Of a stretch of DNA of 64,000 nt, positions 20,731-30,448 are shown piece after piece. Position 1 is the first letter of the stretch; every line of letters starts with the position of its first letter. The stretch covers positions 128,001 to 192,000 of the forward strand of contig CAWCYI010000004.1 in NCBI GenBank assembly GCA_963799845.1, written 5' to 3'. A program made the translations under genes and the position numbers. The notes beneath the pieces were generated by a model. The model was not told the origin of the DNA. It saw only the letters and a program-made list of their open reading frames with translations, and did no database searches. The DNA comes from an uncultured Nitrososphaerota archaeon. GTDB lineage: Archaea; Thermoproteota; Nitrososphaeria; Nitrososphaerales; CADDZS01.

Positions 20731-21897
20731 ATACTAGAGTCAGTTCGCGTCCTCGAAGTGAGCCATGCAGTCGCGGGCCCAACTGCAGCGCAGGTATTGG
20801 GAGATTACGGAGCAGAAATAATAAAGATCGAGAGGCCGGGCAGCGGAGATATTTTTCGCGATGTACCCGGAATGGGACCGACGATGTTTCTCGCGGTCAA
20901 CAGGGGAAAGAAAAGTGTCGCAATTGACCTGAAGACGCGCAAGGGATTATCACTGTTTTACGATCTCGTCAGCAAGAGCGATGTAGTAATCGAAAATCTC
21001 GGCCCCGGCGTCGCCGAGAATCTGGGCATAACTTACAGAAAAATCAAAGGGTCTAATTCCAAGGTGATCTACTGCAAGATTGAAAGTTTCGGTTCGGGGC
21101 CGTACGAAAAAATCCCCGCGTTCGATCCAGTCTTGCAGGCAGCGGTCGGGATAATGTCGACTACGGGATTTCCCCCTGACCGGTATGTCAGGGCCGGGGT
21201 ATCGCTGGTTGACATGAGCACCGGTCTCCAGGCAGCCTCAGCGATACTCGCACTCTTATTACAAAGGAAGGAAACCGGAAAAGGTGCCGAGCTGAAGGTT
21301 TCGCTCTATGATGCCGCGTCCTACTTCATGTCGTACTGGGTTGCAATGTACGATCTCTTTGGGAAAGATACCGTTCCGCTCGGATCGGGTCACATTTTCG
21401 GCGCCCCCTACAATCTCTTCAGGACGAAAGACGGCTTAGTTTACGTCGCGATAGCAAACGACAGCGCATGGGAATCTTTTTGCAGGGCACTTAGATTTCG
21501 TGAGCTGCTTTCAGACGGGAAATTCCGCTACGCTGAAGATCGTGTAAGGAACAAGAAGCAGCTCGAAGAAGTGGTGGCACAGAAGCTATCTAAACTCAAA
21601 TTTTCTGAAATCGAAGTTGCCCTCAAGGACGCTGCAGTACCGTTTGGGAAATTCAATACCGTCGCCTCGCTGTTGAAAGATCCCCACTTTCTTGGAAGGG
21701 GCATACTGAAGGAGTACAATTACGGCAAGAAGAAATATCGAACAATTGTCAATCCAGTGTTAGTTAACAGTTCCCGCCCCTTCGCAAAAGATTCCCCGGA
21801 AGCAGTTGGGGCGAATACTGAAAGTGTTCTCAGTGACATACTCGGAATCAAGGCTCACGACCTCGAGCGCTTGAAGCGCGAAAGAGTCATCGCGTAA
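20731..21897 (+). CDS. CaiB/BaiF family III CoA-transferase
   Basis: LESVRVLE, AGP..AQVLGDYGAEIIKIERPGSGD, NRGKKS, catalytic Asp in SLVD; start uncertain. Confidence 0.92.
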   Translation: MLESVRVLEVSHAVAGPTAAQVLGDYGAEIIKIERPGSGDIFRDVPGMGPTMFLAVNRGKKSVAIDLKTRKGLSLFYDLVSKSDVVIENLGPGVAENLGITYRKIKGSNSKVIYCKIESFGSGPYEKIPAFDPVLQAAVGIMSTTGFPPDRYVRAGVSLVDMSTGLQAASAILALLLQRKETGKGAELKVSLYDAASYFMSYWVAMYDLFGKDTVPLGSGHIFGAPYNLFRTKDGLVYVAIANDSAWESFCRALRFRELLSDGKFRYAEDRVRNKKQLEEVVAQKLSKLKFSEIEVALKDAAVPFGKFNTVASLLKDPHFLGRGILKEYNYGKKKYRTIVNPVLVNSSRPFAKDSPEAVGANTESVLSDILGIKAHDLERLKRERVIA

Positions 21898-21963
21898 TCC
21901 TTCTGTTTCCTGACATCTCCCTTAAATGAGACAGATCGCAAAAACTGCACCAGTTGGGAATTT

Positions 21964-22653
21964 TTGTCGTCTCAAGATGAAACTATTCTTGCACAGGAGC
22001 AGAGCGTGCTGAGAAAAGACAGTTCGGGGAAAAAGATCGACGGGACTCTTATTTTGACGGATCGGCGCCTTTTGTTTGTCGAAGCAAACAAGGAAGAAAA
22101 TCTGACTGGTGAGGTTGGAAATCGATCGGCAACTTTGCGGTTTGCAGATGTCGAGGATCTGAAGGATCTGCCGTCAGAACAGTACAATCTCTCAATCCCC
22201 CTTGACTCCGTGACTTCGGTATCCGGTTCTGAAGGAATTTTTCATACTCCCGAGTTGAAGGTGACGTGGAAAACGGACTCTGGTGTCAAAAGCGAAGAGT
22301 TCACCGAAGACATAATCGGCGGAAGGAAAAAGGATCTCAAGGACTGGGCGAAGGTCATCCAATCACTAAAGTCTGGCAAGATAATGATTCAGAGACTGCC
22401 CAATCCACCTCCGAGCATCGACTCTCTGGAAGGAAAAATACTCCACATGTTGGGAGACATGCAGGAAAAGGGGACCTTTGAGATTGAAGAAGAAGTAGAA
22501 TCGGAGTTCAAGTTGGATCTCGATATCGACCTGGTCGAGGAAGCCTGCGAGAAACTCGCGTCGCTCGGCCTAGTTGACAAAAATCCAGATTCGAGTGGTG
22601 ACGTCTTCTACCGGAAACGCTCCCCCCTCGGTGAGGACGATCTTTCCAGCTAA
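21964..22653 (+). CDS. PH-like (GRAM/GLUE-type) domain plus winged-helix protein
   Basis: GTLILTDRRLLF, SIPLDSVTSV, C-terminal helix DWAKVI; then wH (VEEACEKLASLGLV...VFYR). Confidence 0.6.
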   Translation: MSSQDETILAQEQSVLRKDSSGKKIDGTLILTDRRLLFVEANKEENLTGEVGNRSATLRFADVEDLKDLPSEQYNLSIPLDSVTSVSGSEGIFHTPELKVTWKTDSGVKSEEFTEDIIGGRKKDLKDWAKVIQSLKSGKIMIQRLPNPPPSIDSLEGKILHMLGDMQEKGTFEIEEEVESEFKLDLDIDLVEEACEKLASLGLVDKNPDSSGDVFYRKRSPLGEDDLSS

Positions 22654-22666
22654 GAAGGATTCTCCC

Positions 22667-23449
22667 GTGTCACAAAAGGAATTCTCGAACATCAACACCG
22701 CGGTCGAGGAAGACGTTGGCCTGATATTCCTGAATCGCCCGGGTGCTCTAAATGCGCTGTCGTCCGGGTTGATGAGCGAACTCGTGGAAGCGCTGAAATG
22801 GTTTGAAGCTAATGGTGCAATTAGATGCCTCGTAATAACTGGAAGCGAAAAGGTGTTTTCAGCCGGTGCGGACATCAAGGAGATGTCGGCGTGGACTTCA
22901 GCGGAGGCATTGAAGCAGGCAAATCTGGAACGGTTTGACGTTGTAAAGAAAATTTCAAAGCCCATCATAGCGGCAATAAGTGGATACGCGCTCGGCGGTG
23001 GGCTGGAGCTCGCGATGGCGTGCGACATCATAGTTGCCGCAGAGGGTACGAAGCTGGGTCAGCCTGAAATAAACATTGGAGTCTACCCAGGGGCCGGCGG
23101 AACGCAGAGGCTGACGAGAGCCGTTGGAAAGTACAAGGCGATGGAAATGATTCTGACCGGAGTTCCCATCGGCGCGAGGGAGGCGCTCGCCCGCGGGCTC
23201 GTGAGCCGGGTCGTTCCAAACGAGCTGTATCTGACTGAGGCAAAGAAGCTCGCGCACGAGATTGCACAAAAGTCTCCCCTGGCTGTAAGCATCGCCAAGG
23301 AATGCATCCTCAAAGCGCACGAGACTACGCTGACGGAAGGGCTCGCGTTTGAGCGGCGGAACTTCTACCTTATGATGTCGAGCGAAGACAAGCAGGAAGG
23401 TATGAAGGCCTTCCTCGAGAAGAGAAAGCCGAACTACAGAGGAAAGTAG
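22667..23449 (+). CDS. Enoyl-CoA hydratase (PaaF-like)
   Basis: LNRPGALNAL, FSAGADIKEM, GGGLELAMACD, GQPEINIG..PGAGGTQRL. Confidence 0.92.
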   Translation: MSQKEFSNINTAVEEDVGLIFLNRPGALNALSSGLMSELVEALKWFEANGAIRCLVITGSEKVFSAGADIKEMSAWTSAEALKQANLERFDVVKKISKPIIAAISGYALGGGLELAMACDIIVAAEGTKLGQPEINIGVYPGAGGTQRLTRAVGKYKAMEMILTGVPIGAREALARGLVSRVVPNELYLTEAKKLAHEIAQKSPLAVSIAKECILKAHETTLTEGLAFERRNFYLMMSSEDKQEGMKAFLEKRKPNYRGK

Positions 23450-23451
23450 TC

Positions 23452-24243
23452 TTGAGCTCCCCGGAGTCGATCCTCGTTAGGAAGGAAAACGGCGTAGCGT
23501 GGGTAACCCTGAACCGTCCTGAAGTTCTGAACGCATGCGACATTCCAACGTTGAAAAAGCTGGGTGCCGCTCTAAAAGAAATCGAGGCCGATCAATCGAT
23601 CAGATGCGTTGTGATTACTGGAAGCGGGCGAGCGTTCTGCGCTGGCGCCGATCTTCAGGCGATCAAGCACAGAACTACGAATGAAAAAATCTCGCTCGAC
23701 GACGATCTGAGGCAAGGATTCAACCCCATCGTATCGCGGATTTTCAACATGGACAAGCCCGTCATCGCTATGGTCAATGGAGTCGCGGCCGGCGCTGGAA
23801 TGGCAATCGCGTTTGCCTGCGATCTCAGGATAATGAGCGAAGGTGCAAGGTTTGTAGAGGCGTTCGCGAAGGTGGGACTCGTGCCCGACTCCGGCGCCAC
23901 ATACACGATGCCGCGTCTTCTGGGGTTAACGAAGGCGATGGAGCTCGGATTCTCAGGCGAGGGAATTGACCCGAAGGAGGCTGAAAGACTGGGAGTTGTT
24001 ACAAAAGTTGTCGCGCAAGATAAACTTGAAATTGAGACCCGAACTCTCGCGGAGAAACTTGCGCACGGCCCCAAGGGTCTGGGGCTGACAAAGCGCGCGA
24101 TTCACAGGGCACTTTCCCTTGATTTTGATGCCGCGTTAGAGTATGAAGCCGAGATGCAGGCGATCGCGGGATCGAGCGAAGATCACGAGGAAGGAGTTAG
24201 AGCATTCGCCGAAAAGAGAAATCCGAACTTTCGCGGAAGCTAA
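23452..24243 (+). CDS. Enoyl-CoA isomerase (PaaG-like crotonase)
   Basis: FCAGADL, VNGVAAGAG, FAKVGLVPDSG (PaaG-type Asp), EDHEEGVRAF. Confidence 0.85.
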   Translation: MSSPESILVRKENGVAWVTLNRPEVLNACDIPTLKKLGAALKEIEADQSIRCVVITGSGRAFCAGADLQAIKHRTTNEKISLDDDLRQGFNPIVSRIFNMDKPVIAMVNGVAAGAGMAIAFACDLRIMSEGARFVEAFAKVGLVPDSGATYTMPRLLGLTKAMELGFSGEGIDPKEAERLGVVTKVVAQDKLEIETRTLAEKLAHGPKGLGLTKRAIHRALSLDFDAALEYEAEMQAIAGSSEDHEEGVRAFAEKRNPNFRGS

Positions 24244-24731
24244 AAGTTTCGTCCAATTCGTTCTGAGCTCTCTAAGCCCCGTTTCAGCTCGTTTCGAGCT
24301 CTTCTGAGTTAACAGAGCTTGAAAGTCAGCTCTTCGGCCAAAAAGCATGCACGTGTGTGAAGCAGAAAAATTTTTGGAACTGTCAAGTCTTCGTCAATTT
24401 TGCACGAATTTCTTAATGAATCAATGGGAATTCCAATATAAAGAACGATTAAGAATAAATCCTCGTAAACTGCCTGAAACTGCTGTCATTAGCTTATTTT
24501 TTGCTGCATTGATCTTTCTACCATTCGGCTTCCTTCTCCTTTTCTGTGACTTGGTGCTGTAGTGCGAGGAGTAAGGCGTAAGGACACCTCGAATATCAAA
24601 GCGGAGCTTTCAATCAAGGTATTTCATTCCTCTTTTCACGTTCCAGAGATTCGAAAAATAATTCCTGGTATTTGGAATCAGGATTTAAATCAGAAAACGC
24701 TTTTATCCGATATCGGCGATTTCAGCGCTAA

Positions 24732-25742
24732 ATGTCAGAGAATCCGGATTACTCCAAGGATCCGCCAGCGATTGAACTTCCCAACATCTACCCGGTAGAG
24801 TGGACGGTCGATACACCGAAGCTGGGAGACCTCTATGAGAGGGCAAAGAAGGAAGCCTGGAACCCATCCTCGATCAACTGGGAATCCGTCAATCCAAAAG
24901 AGTACGACGAGAAGCAAAGGACCGCGATGGCGTACTGGTGGGCGCTGCTTGCTAACTTTGAAAATTCGGGGCCGCCGGTTTTTGCAAAGGCGATGATACA
25001 CACTTTCGAGATTCACGAGCAGGATCCCGTGAAAAAGATGTTTGCGTCGATAGTGATGGACGAGTGCCGACACGACGAATGCTGCATGAGGGCTTGCAAT
25101 AGGGTGTGCCCCAACTTTCTCCAGGGCTGGAAGCCTAAGAATAATTTTGACGAGGACGCGCTTCGAAACATAAAGTGGGTCTACTACAACGGCGCGAGGT
25201 ACTGGCGCGGTTACAGCACCGCGTACATGAAACACTCATGGCCGGTCATTTTTTCATCGTTCATGCTCGGTGAGCGGTGCGCGGCGACGCTGTTCAGCGA
25301 GATGAGCAAGCACTCGACACATCCTGCTTTTACGGAGGCATTGAAGAACATTGCAAAGGACGAATCGCGCCACCTCGCGTTCACGTGGCTGGGGCTTGAA
25401 AGCGTCGCAGCAAAATTAACGGAGGAAGACAAGAGGACCGTGACAAAGCAGCTTCGCGCCGGTTTCACCTTTCTCTCGATGATACTTTACGAGCCCCCAA
25501 AGGAATTCTGGAAGCTCCCTCCGAACTTCCTCGACGTGCAAAACAGGATGGAGGAGATCGCCCGCGGTGCGGGGCTGGGGGTGCTGTCGCTGAATGAAAA
25601 GCGGCAGTGCTGGAAAAATGCGATTTTAGAGGTTAAGCGGCGGATGGACGACTTTGGAATCGAGTTCCCGGCACTCCCCGAAATTGGGATTACCGGAAAG
25701 GAAGTTGAGTTTGACGAAAACTCGATGATGCCGACGTTCTAG
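24732..25742 (+). CDS. Ferritin-like non-heme diiron protein (putative oxygenase)
   Basis: E...DECRH...E...DESRH carboxylate-diiron ligand pattern; LYERAK..W motif. Confidence 0.75.
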   Translation: MSENPDYSKDPPAIELPNIYPVEWTVDTPKLGDLYERAKKEAWNPSSINWESVNPKEYDEKQRTAMAYWWALLANFENSGPPVFAKAMIHTFEIHEQDPVKKMFASIVMDECRHDECCMRACNRVCPNFLQGWKPKNNFDEDALRNIKWVYYNGARYWRGYSTAYMKHSWPVIFSSFMLGERCAATLFSEMSKHSTHPAFTEALKNIAKDESRHLAFTWLGLESVAAKLTEEDKRTVTKQLRAGFTFLSMILYEPPKEFWKLPPNFLDVQNRMEEIARGAGLGVLSLNEKRQCWKNAILEVKRRMDDFGIEFPALPEIGITGKEVEFDENSMMPTF

Positions 25743-25751
25743 CGGAAGAAT

Positions 25752-26960
25752 ATGCCGAAAATGCTTGAAGAGGCTGTCATCGTTGACAGCGTTCGTACTC
25801 CGATCGGGAAGTATGGCGGAGTACTTTCTTCAGCCCGGCCGGATGACCTCGCCGCGCTCGTGATCAGGACTCTAGTCGAACGCAACAAGATCGATTCAAG
25901 CCAGATAGAGGATGTGATCTTCGGCGACGCAAATCAGTCCGGCGAGGATAATCGAAACGTCGCACGGATGGCTTTGCTCATAGCTGGGCTTCCGATCAAG
26001 GTAGCAGGCACGACCGTGAACCGATTGTGCGGCTCGGGGCTTGAGGCGATAAACCAGGCGGCGAATTCGATTATGGTCGGTAACGGCGGGATTTACATCG
26101 CCGGCGGGGTGGAGAGCATGAGCCGCGCTCCATTGGTACTCCCAAAGAGTTCTAAGCCGTTTTCCAGAGAAACCGAACTCTACGATTCGACGTTAGGCTG
26201 GAGATTGGTCAACCCGAAACTAGCGGAAAAGTTCTATCCCTACAGCATGGGGCAGACCGCGGAGAACCTCGCGCAGAGGTACTCGATACCGAGGGATGAG
26301 CAGGACAGGTTTGCGCTGAGAAGTCACGAGCGGGCGGTTAGGGCGACGAACGGCGGGACTTTCAGGGAGGAAATAATTCCCGTGCCCGTTATCGATTCCT
26401 CGGGAAAAGGATCTCTGGTGGAGAAGGATGAAGGGCCGAGGGCGGACACGTCCTTGGAAAAACTTTCTCTGCTAAAACCGGTGTTTCGCGTGAACGGAAC
26501 GGTTACGGCCGGCAATTCGAGCGGGATTAATGACGGCGCGGCCGGGGTGCTGATCATGAACGAGAAGAGGGCGACCAAGCTCGGGTTAACACCAAAAGCA
26601 CGGATTATTTCGACTGCCGTCGCAGGTGTACACCCGAAGTACATGGGGCTGGGACCTGTCCCGGCTTCCAAGAAGGCTCTCCGACGGGCGAAGATGGATC
26701 TCGATCAGATCGATCTCGTCGAGATCAACGAAGCATTCGCGGCGCAGGTGCTTTCGTGCCTGAAATTCATGGATTTTGACAAGGGCAGGATGAACGTGAA
26801 CGGCGGGGCGGTAGCCCTTGGCCATCCGATCGGCTGTTCTGGGGCTAGGATAATGACGACGCTTCTACACGAGATGGAAAGACGAAAGTCTCATCTCGGG
26901 CTCGCGACGGCGTGTATCGGTGTTGGCCAGGGCATCGCGACAATAGTCGAGAGAGTTTAG
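25752..26960 (+). CDS. Thiolase (PaaJ/PcaF 3-oxoadipyl-CoA thiolase-like)
   Basis: NQSGEDNRNVARMA, NRLCGSG, NEAFA, GHPIGCSG, ACIGVGQG. Confidence 0.92.
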   Translation: MPKMLEEAVIVDSVRTPIGKYGGVLSSARPDDLAALVIRTLVERNKIDSSQIEDVIFGDANQSGEDNRNVARMALLIAGLPIKVAGTTVNRLCGSGLEAINQAANSIMVGNGGIYIAGGVESMSRAPLVLPKSSKPFSRETELYDSTLGWRLVNPKLAEKFYPYSMGQTAENLAQRYSIPRDEQDRFALRSHERAVRATNGGTFREEIIPVPVIDSSGKGSLVEKDEGPRADTSLEKLSLLKPVFRVNGTVTAGNSSGINDGAAGVLIMNEKRATKLGLTPKARIISTAVAGVHPKYMGLGPVPASKKALRRAKMDLDQIDLVEINEAFAAQVLSCLKFMDFDKGRMNVNGGAVALGHPIGCSGARIMTTLLHEMERRKSHLGLATACIGVGQGIATIVERV

Positions 26961-26968
26961 GGCATCAG

Positions 26969-27814
26969 TTGGGGAAAGCTATCGACATCCACGTCCATCC
27001 GTGGACGAGGGAGTTTATGGAGAAAAACAAGTGCATCAGGTACGCGATTGAATTTTTCAAGATTCCTCCAGAAAAGCTTCCGAAATCTATCGATGATCTG
27101 GTAGCCGACATGGACGAAGCGGGAGTGGAAACAAGTGTGATCCTGGGTCAGGATGTCAGGAGCTCCTCAAAGCCCGAATTCAGGAACTACACTTTACCAA
27201 ACGAGGAGCTGAAGAAAATCGTTGATAGACATCCAGACAGGTTCGTAGCATTCGGCAGCGTTGATCCTAGAAAGGATGACGCGCCTGCAAAACTGAAGAC
27301 GATGGCTCTGGATTACGGCTTCAAGGGTCTCAAGATTCATTGCGATGCCTCTGAAATATTTCCCAACGATCGCGCGCTCTATCCGATCTACGAAAAGTGC
27401 GTCGAGTACGGTCTCGTGGTCTTGCACCATACCGGCACGACGGGCCTCGGTTACTGCAAGATAAAGTTCGGAAGGCCCTTGGATCTCGATGACGTGGCGC
27501 AGGACTTTCCAGATCTGAAACTGGTTTGCGCGCACTTTGGATGGCCGTGGATGGAGGAGTGTTTTGCAGTCGCCACGAGAAATCGGAACGTGTACGTCGA
27601 CATTTCCGGCTGGCTCGCGCGGTATTTCCCGCCGTTACTCATCACCTATATGGACGGCCTCCTGAAAGAGAGGATGCTATTCGGGACTGATTACCCAATG
27701 ATCAGGACGCCAGCTTGGATGAAAGACTTTGACGAGTACTGTCGACCAAAATTGAAGAGCGGCGTTTCGGAGAAAGTCCTCTATGAGAACGCTAGAAATC
27801 TTCTGAATCTCTAG
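26969..27814 (+). CDS. Amidohydrolase_2 family metalloenzyme (possible decarboxylase/hydratase)
   Basis: IDIHVH, GLKIH, HTG, AHFGWPW, FGTDYP. Confidence 0.85.
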   Translation: MGKAIDIHVHPWTREFMEKNKCIRYAIEFFKIPPEKLPKSIDDLVADMDEAGVETSVILGQDVRSSSKPEFRNYTLPNEELKKIVDRHPDRFVAFGSVDPRKDDAPAKLKTMALDYGFKGLKIHCDASEIFPNDRALYPIYEKCVEYGLVVLHHTGTTGLGYCKIKFGRPLDLDDVAQDFPDLKLVCAHFGWPWMEECFAVATRNRNVYVDISGWLARYFPPLLITYMDGLLKERMLFGTDYPMIRTPAWMKDFDEYCRPKLKSGVSEKVLYENARNLLNL

Positions 27815-30342
27815 CTGTTCTGAGAGCGTTTCAGCGAGTCGAGCTCGTCCTTGAGTTTTTTCCCCTCATCGCTTACCTTCTGTACCTCTGTTTCAAGCGC
27901 GGCGACCTTCTCCGATTCCCTGATGTTCTGCTTTAGAACGAATAGAGTTTCGCGAATACCTCTCTTAGTCCTGCCGTCATCCTCCTTTACGAGCCACTCT
28001 TCGAGCCGCGGGATCGCGCCGGCATCGTCAAGGTACTCTATCGACATTGCAGCCTCGCTCCTCACTCTGAAATCAGCATCATTCTGGAGAGATAGCAGTA
28101 GCTCGAGAGCCTCGGGGTGTCCCCTGCCGGACATTCCGGTCGCTTCTATGGCGCCAACCTTTCCCGGAAACCATTTCCCGTTTTCCAAGTATTCTTTTGC
28201 GAGCGGTATCACCATCGGATCTTTCATTTCGGCAAAACCCAGAAATGCCCTGTTCCTGACCTGGTCGTTGACAGACTCCTGGGTGACTGCCTCCTTTAGG
28301 GCGTTTTTCGCTTTTTCGGAGTTTTTGAAAAAGCCGAGTGATTGAGCGGCGTGGGCGCGGACGTAATATGAAAAGTCGTTGTTCACGTAATCGACGAGCT
28401 GGTTGAGCGCTTCCTCGCTCCCCTCCTTCATCTCGGCAAAATATCGCAGTCCGATTGCGACTCCTCTTCGCACTCGATGGTCTTTGTGATCTTTCTTCGA
28501 CAGAAGAAAGTCAAGCGCTCTCGTTGTGGCAATCTTGCCAAGGTACTTTGCCGCTTCGAGTTTGACGCCCCAGAACTGATCGGAGTCTATCGCGGTCGAA
28601 AGTTCTTCGACGACGTCGTCTGTCCTGATCTCGCTGAGCGCTTCTGCGGCCCTTACTCGTTCCATGGCGTTTGGGTCGCTTCGAAGCTGGTAGAGAAACA
28701 TCTCCTTCGGCTTACTGAACTTTAGTTTCTTCAGAATCCAGTTTTGGGGGTCCAAGTTGACGTTGCTGGGTTGTGACGGTAGCGAGAAGAAGAAGGTCGA
28801 TTTCTTCTCAGTCATTGCAACCTTCATTGATTTCTTGGACCCGTCCTTCAGAGTGAACAGAATCTCGAATGGAGTCTTGAATAATGGAACGTCGTCCACG
28901 CCAGCGTTGACCTGCTCGACATCGATCTTGGCCATTCCGTTTTTTTCGTCAAACGAGTAGGATACTACGTAATCGGGAAATCCGGGACTATACAGCCACT
29001 GTTCGAAAAACCTCTCCAGATTGAGTCCACTCACATCCTCCAGTACCTTCCGAAAGTCGCTAGTTTCAACGAGCGATGACTTGTGGTCTGCGATGTAGCG
29101 CTTTATTCCGAGAAAGAAGAGCTCGTCGCCCAAAAGTCCACGGAGACCGTTGAGGACCCATGCCCCTTTTTCATAGGTGTGAGTGTCAAACAGCTCGTCC
29201 GGGTGCCAGTATCTCTTCTCGACGATCTGCCGCTGGTATCTTTCGCTGACCTCCTCGGCGTGTCTTTCAAAATCCGCCTGCATCGCGTACTGGAAATCGT
29301 CCACGCCTTCGTCGTGCTCGCGGAAGAGCGCGTTGAAGTAAGTGGCAAATCCCTCGTTCAGCCAGGCGTGGGACCAGTCATTGCATGTCAGATAGTCGCC
29401 GAACCACTGATGCGCGAGCTCGTGTGAGACCAGGTTGTCGCTCTGGAAGTCCAGTTGCCCCCGTTCGTCGTGAAGCGTCGTTTCTGTCAATGTGGTGGCG
29501 GTGATATTTTCCATCCCACCGAACATGAAATCCGAGACGACAACCTGTGCATATTTTGGATACGGGTACTTCTGGCCGGTCGCGCTAGTAAAGTAATCAA
29601 GCATCTTCGGAGTCTTTTCAAATGAGCGCGCGACATCTTTCCTGCGGTCGGCGGGGACGTAATATTCGACAGAGATCCCCTGATATGCGAGAGCTACCCG
29701 CTCGTACTCTCCCACAACGACTGACACAAGATATGACGGGAAAGGAATTTCTTGCGAAAACTCCCACAGCTTATTCTCGCCTTCGTCCTTGACCGATACC
29801 AAGCGACCGTTTGATATGGCCGTCATCCTCGACGGCGCCCTAACCAGGATCTCGGTCGTGAACCTCATATTGGGATAATCGTAGCAGGGAAACCAGAATC
29901 TGGAGTCCTCGGGCTCTCCCTGGGTGAAGAAGTGGGTGAACCGCTCCGGAAATTTTTCAGTGGGGCCGCGGAAAAACAGTCCTCTCTTAGGTGTAACAGT
30001 ATAGTCAAGCTCGACGTGGACGACGTCTCCCGAGTTTACACCTTTCCCGAGGCTCACCTCGACAGACTGGGGCTTTGTCTCAAACGATGCCTCCTTTCCA
30101 TCGACCCGAATTGAGCTAAAATCCATGTCGACCGCATCAAACTCAACATTCGAGATTTGCGAGCCAGCCGCGGTGACCTTGAAGAGCGCCTTTCCGGAGA
30201 TGCTTTTGGATTCAAAATCCGGTTCGATTTCCAGCTTCAGGTGGGTTATGAGAAAGGCGTGATCGCGCCCATAGCGAGTCGGCTGTCCGGGGAGGATGAA
30301 TGATCTTGGCAATTTCTGGAAGGGCGTTTTAGATTGAAGCAT
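27811..30342 (-). CDS. pepN: M1 aminopeptidase N with C-terminal HEAT repeats
   Basis: GGMEN, HELAHQWFG..WLNEGFATY, YEKG; PBS-lyase/HEAT repeats and terminal coiled coil. Confidence 0.92.
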   Translation of the reverse strand: MLQSKTPFQKLPRSFILPGQPTRYGRDHAFLITHLKLEIEPDFESKSISGKALFKVTAAGSQISNVEFDAVDMDFSSIRVDGKEASFETKPQSVEVSLGKGVNSGDVVHVELDYTVTPKRGLFFRGPTEKFPERFTHFFTQGEPEDSRFWFPCYDYPNMRFTTEILVRAPSRMTAISNGRLVSVKDEGENKLWEFSQEIPFPSYLVSVVVGEYERVALAYQGISVEYYVPADRRKDVARSFEKTPKMLDYFTSATGQKYPYPKYAQVVVSDFMFGGMENITATTLTETTLHDERGQLDFQSDNLVSHELAHQWFGDYLTCNDWSHAWLNEGFATYFNALFREHDEGVDDFQYAMQADFERHAEEVSERYQRQIVEKRYWHPDELFDTHTYEKGAWVLNGLRGLLGDELFFLGIKRYIADHKSSLVETSDFRKVLEDVSGLNLERFFEQWLYSPGFPDYVVSYSFDEKNGMAKIDVEQVNAGVDDVPLFKTPFEILFTLKDGSKKSMKVAMTEKKSTFFFSLPSQPSNVNLDPQNWILKKLKFSKPKEMFLYQLRSDPNAMERVRAAEALSEIRTDDVVEELSTAIDSDQFWGVKLEAAKYLGKIATTRALDFLLSKKDHKDHRVRRGVAIGLRYFAEMKEGSEEALNQLVDYVNNDFSYYVRAHAAQSLGFFKNSEKAKNALKEAVTQESVNDQVRNRAFLGFAEMKDPMVIPLAKEYLENGKWFPGKVGAIEATGMSGRGHPEALELLLSLQNDADFRVRSEAAMSIEYLDDAGAIPRLEEWLVKEDDGRTKRGIRETLFVLKQNIRESEKVAALETEVQKVSDEGKKLKDELDSLKRSQNS

Positions 30343-30448
30343 TAAGAATATTACGTAATCTTAAATTGAAATTTTTCGAGCGGCAGGACTAGGAATTCTG
30401 ATTTCGATCGCATAGCCCTTAAGTGGAAACCGAGCAGAGAATTAGCGC

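Noticed and set aside
24244-24731. ORFs 24347-24562 and 24562-24798 and loose GAGCTC-like repeats
   Set aside because: No protein-like motifs; more likely the promoter region of the diiron gene; repeats too irregular to call
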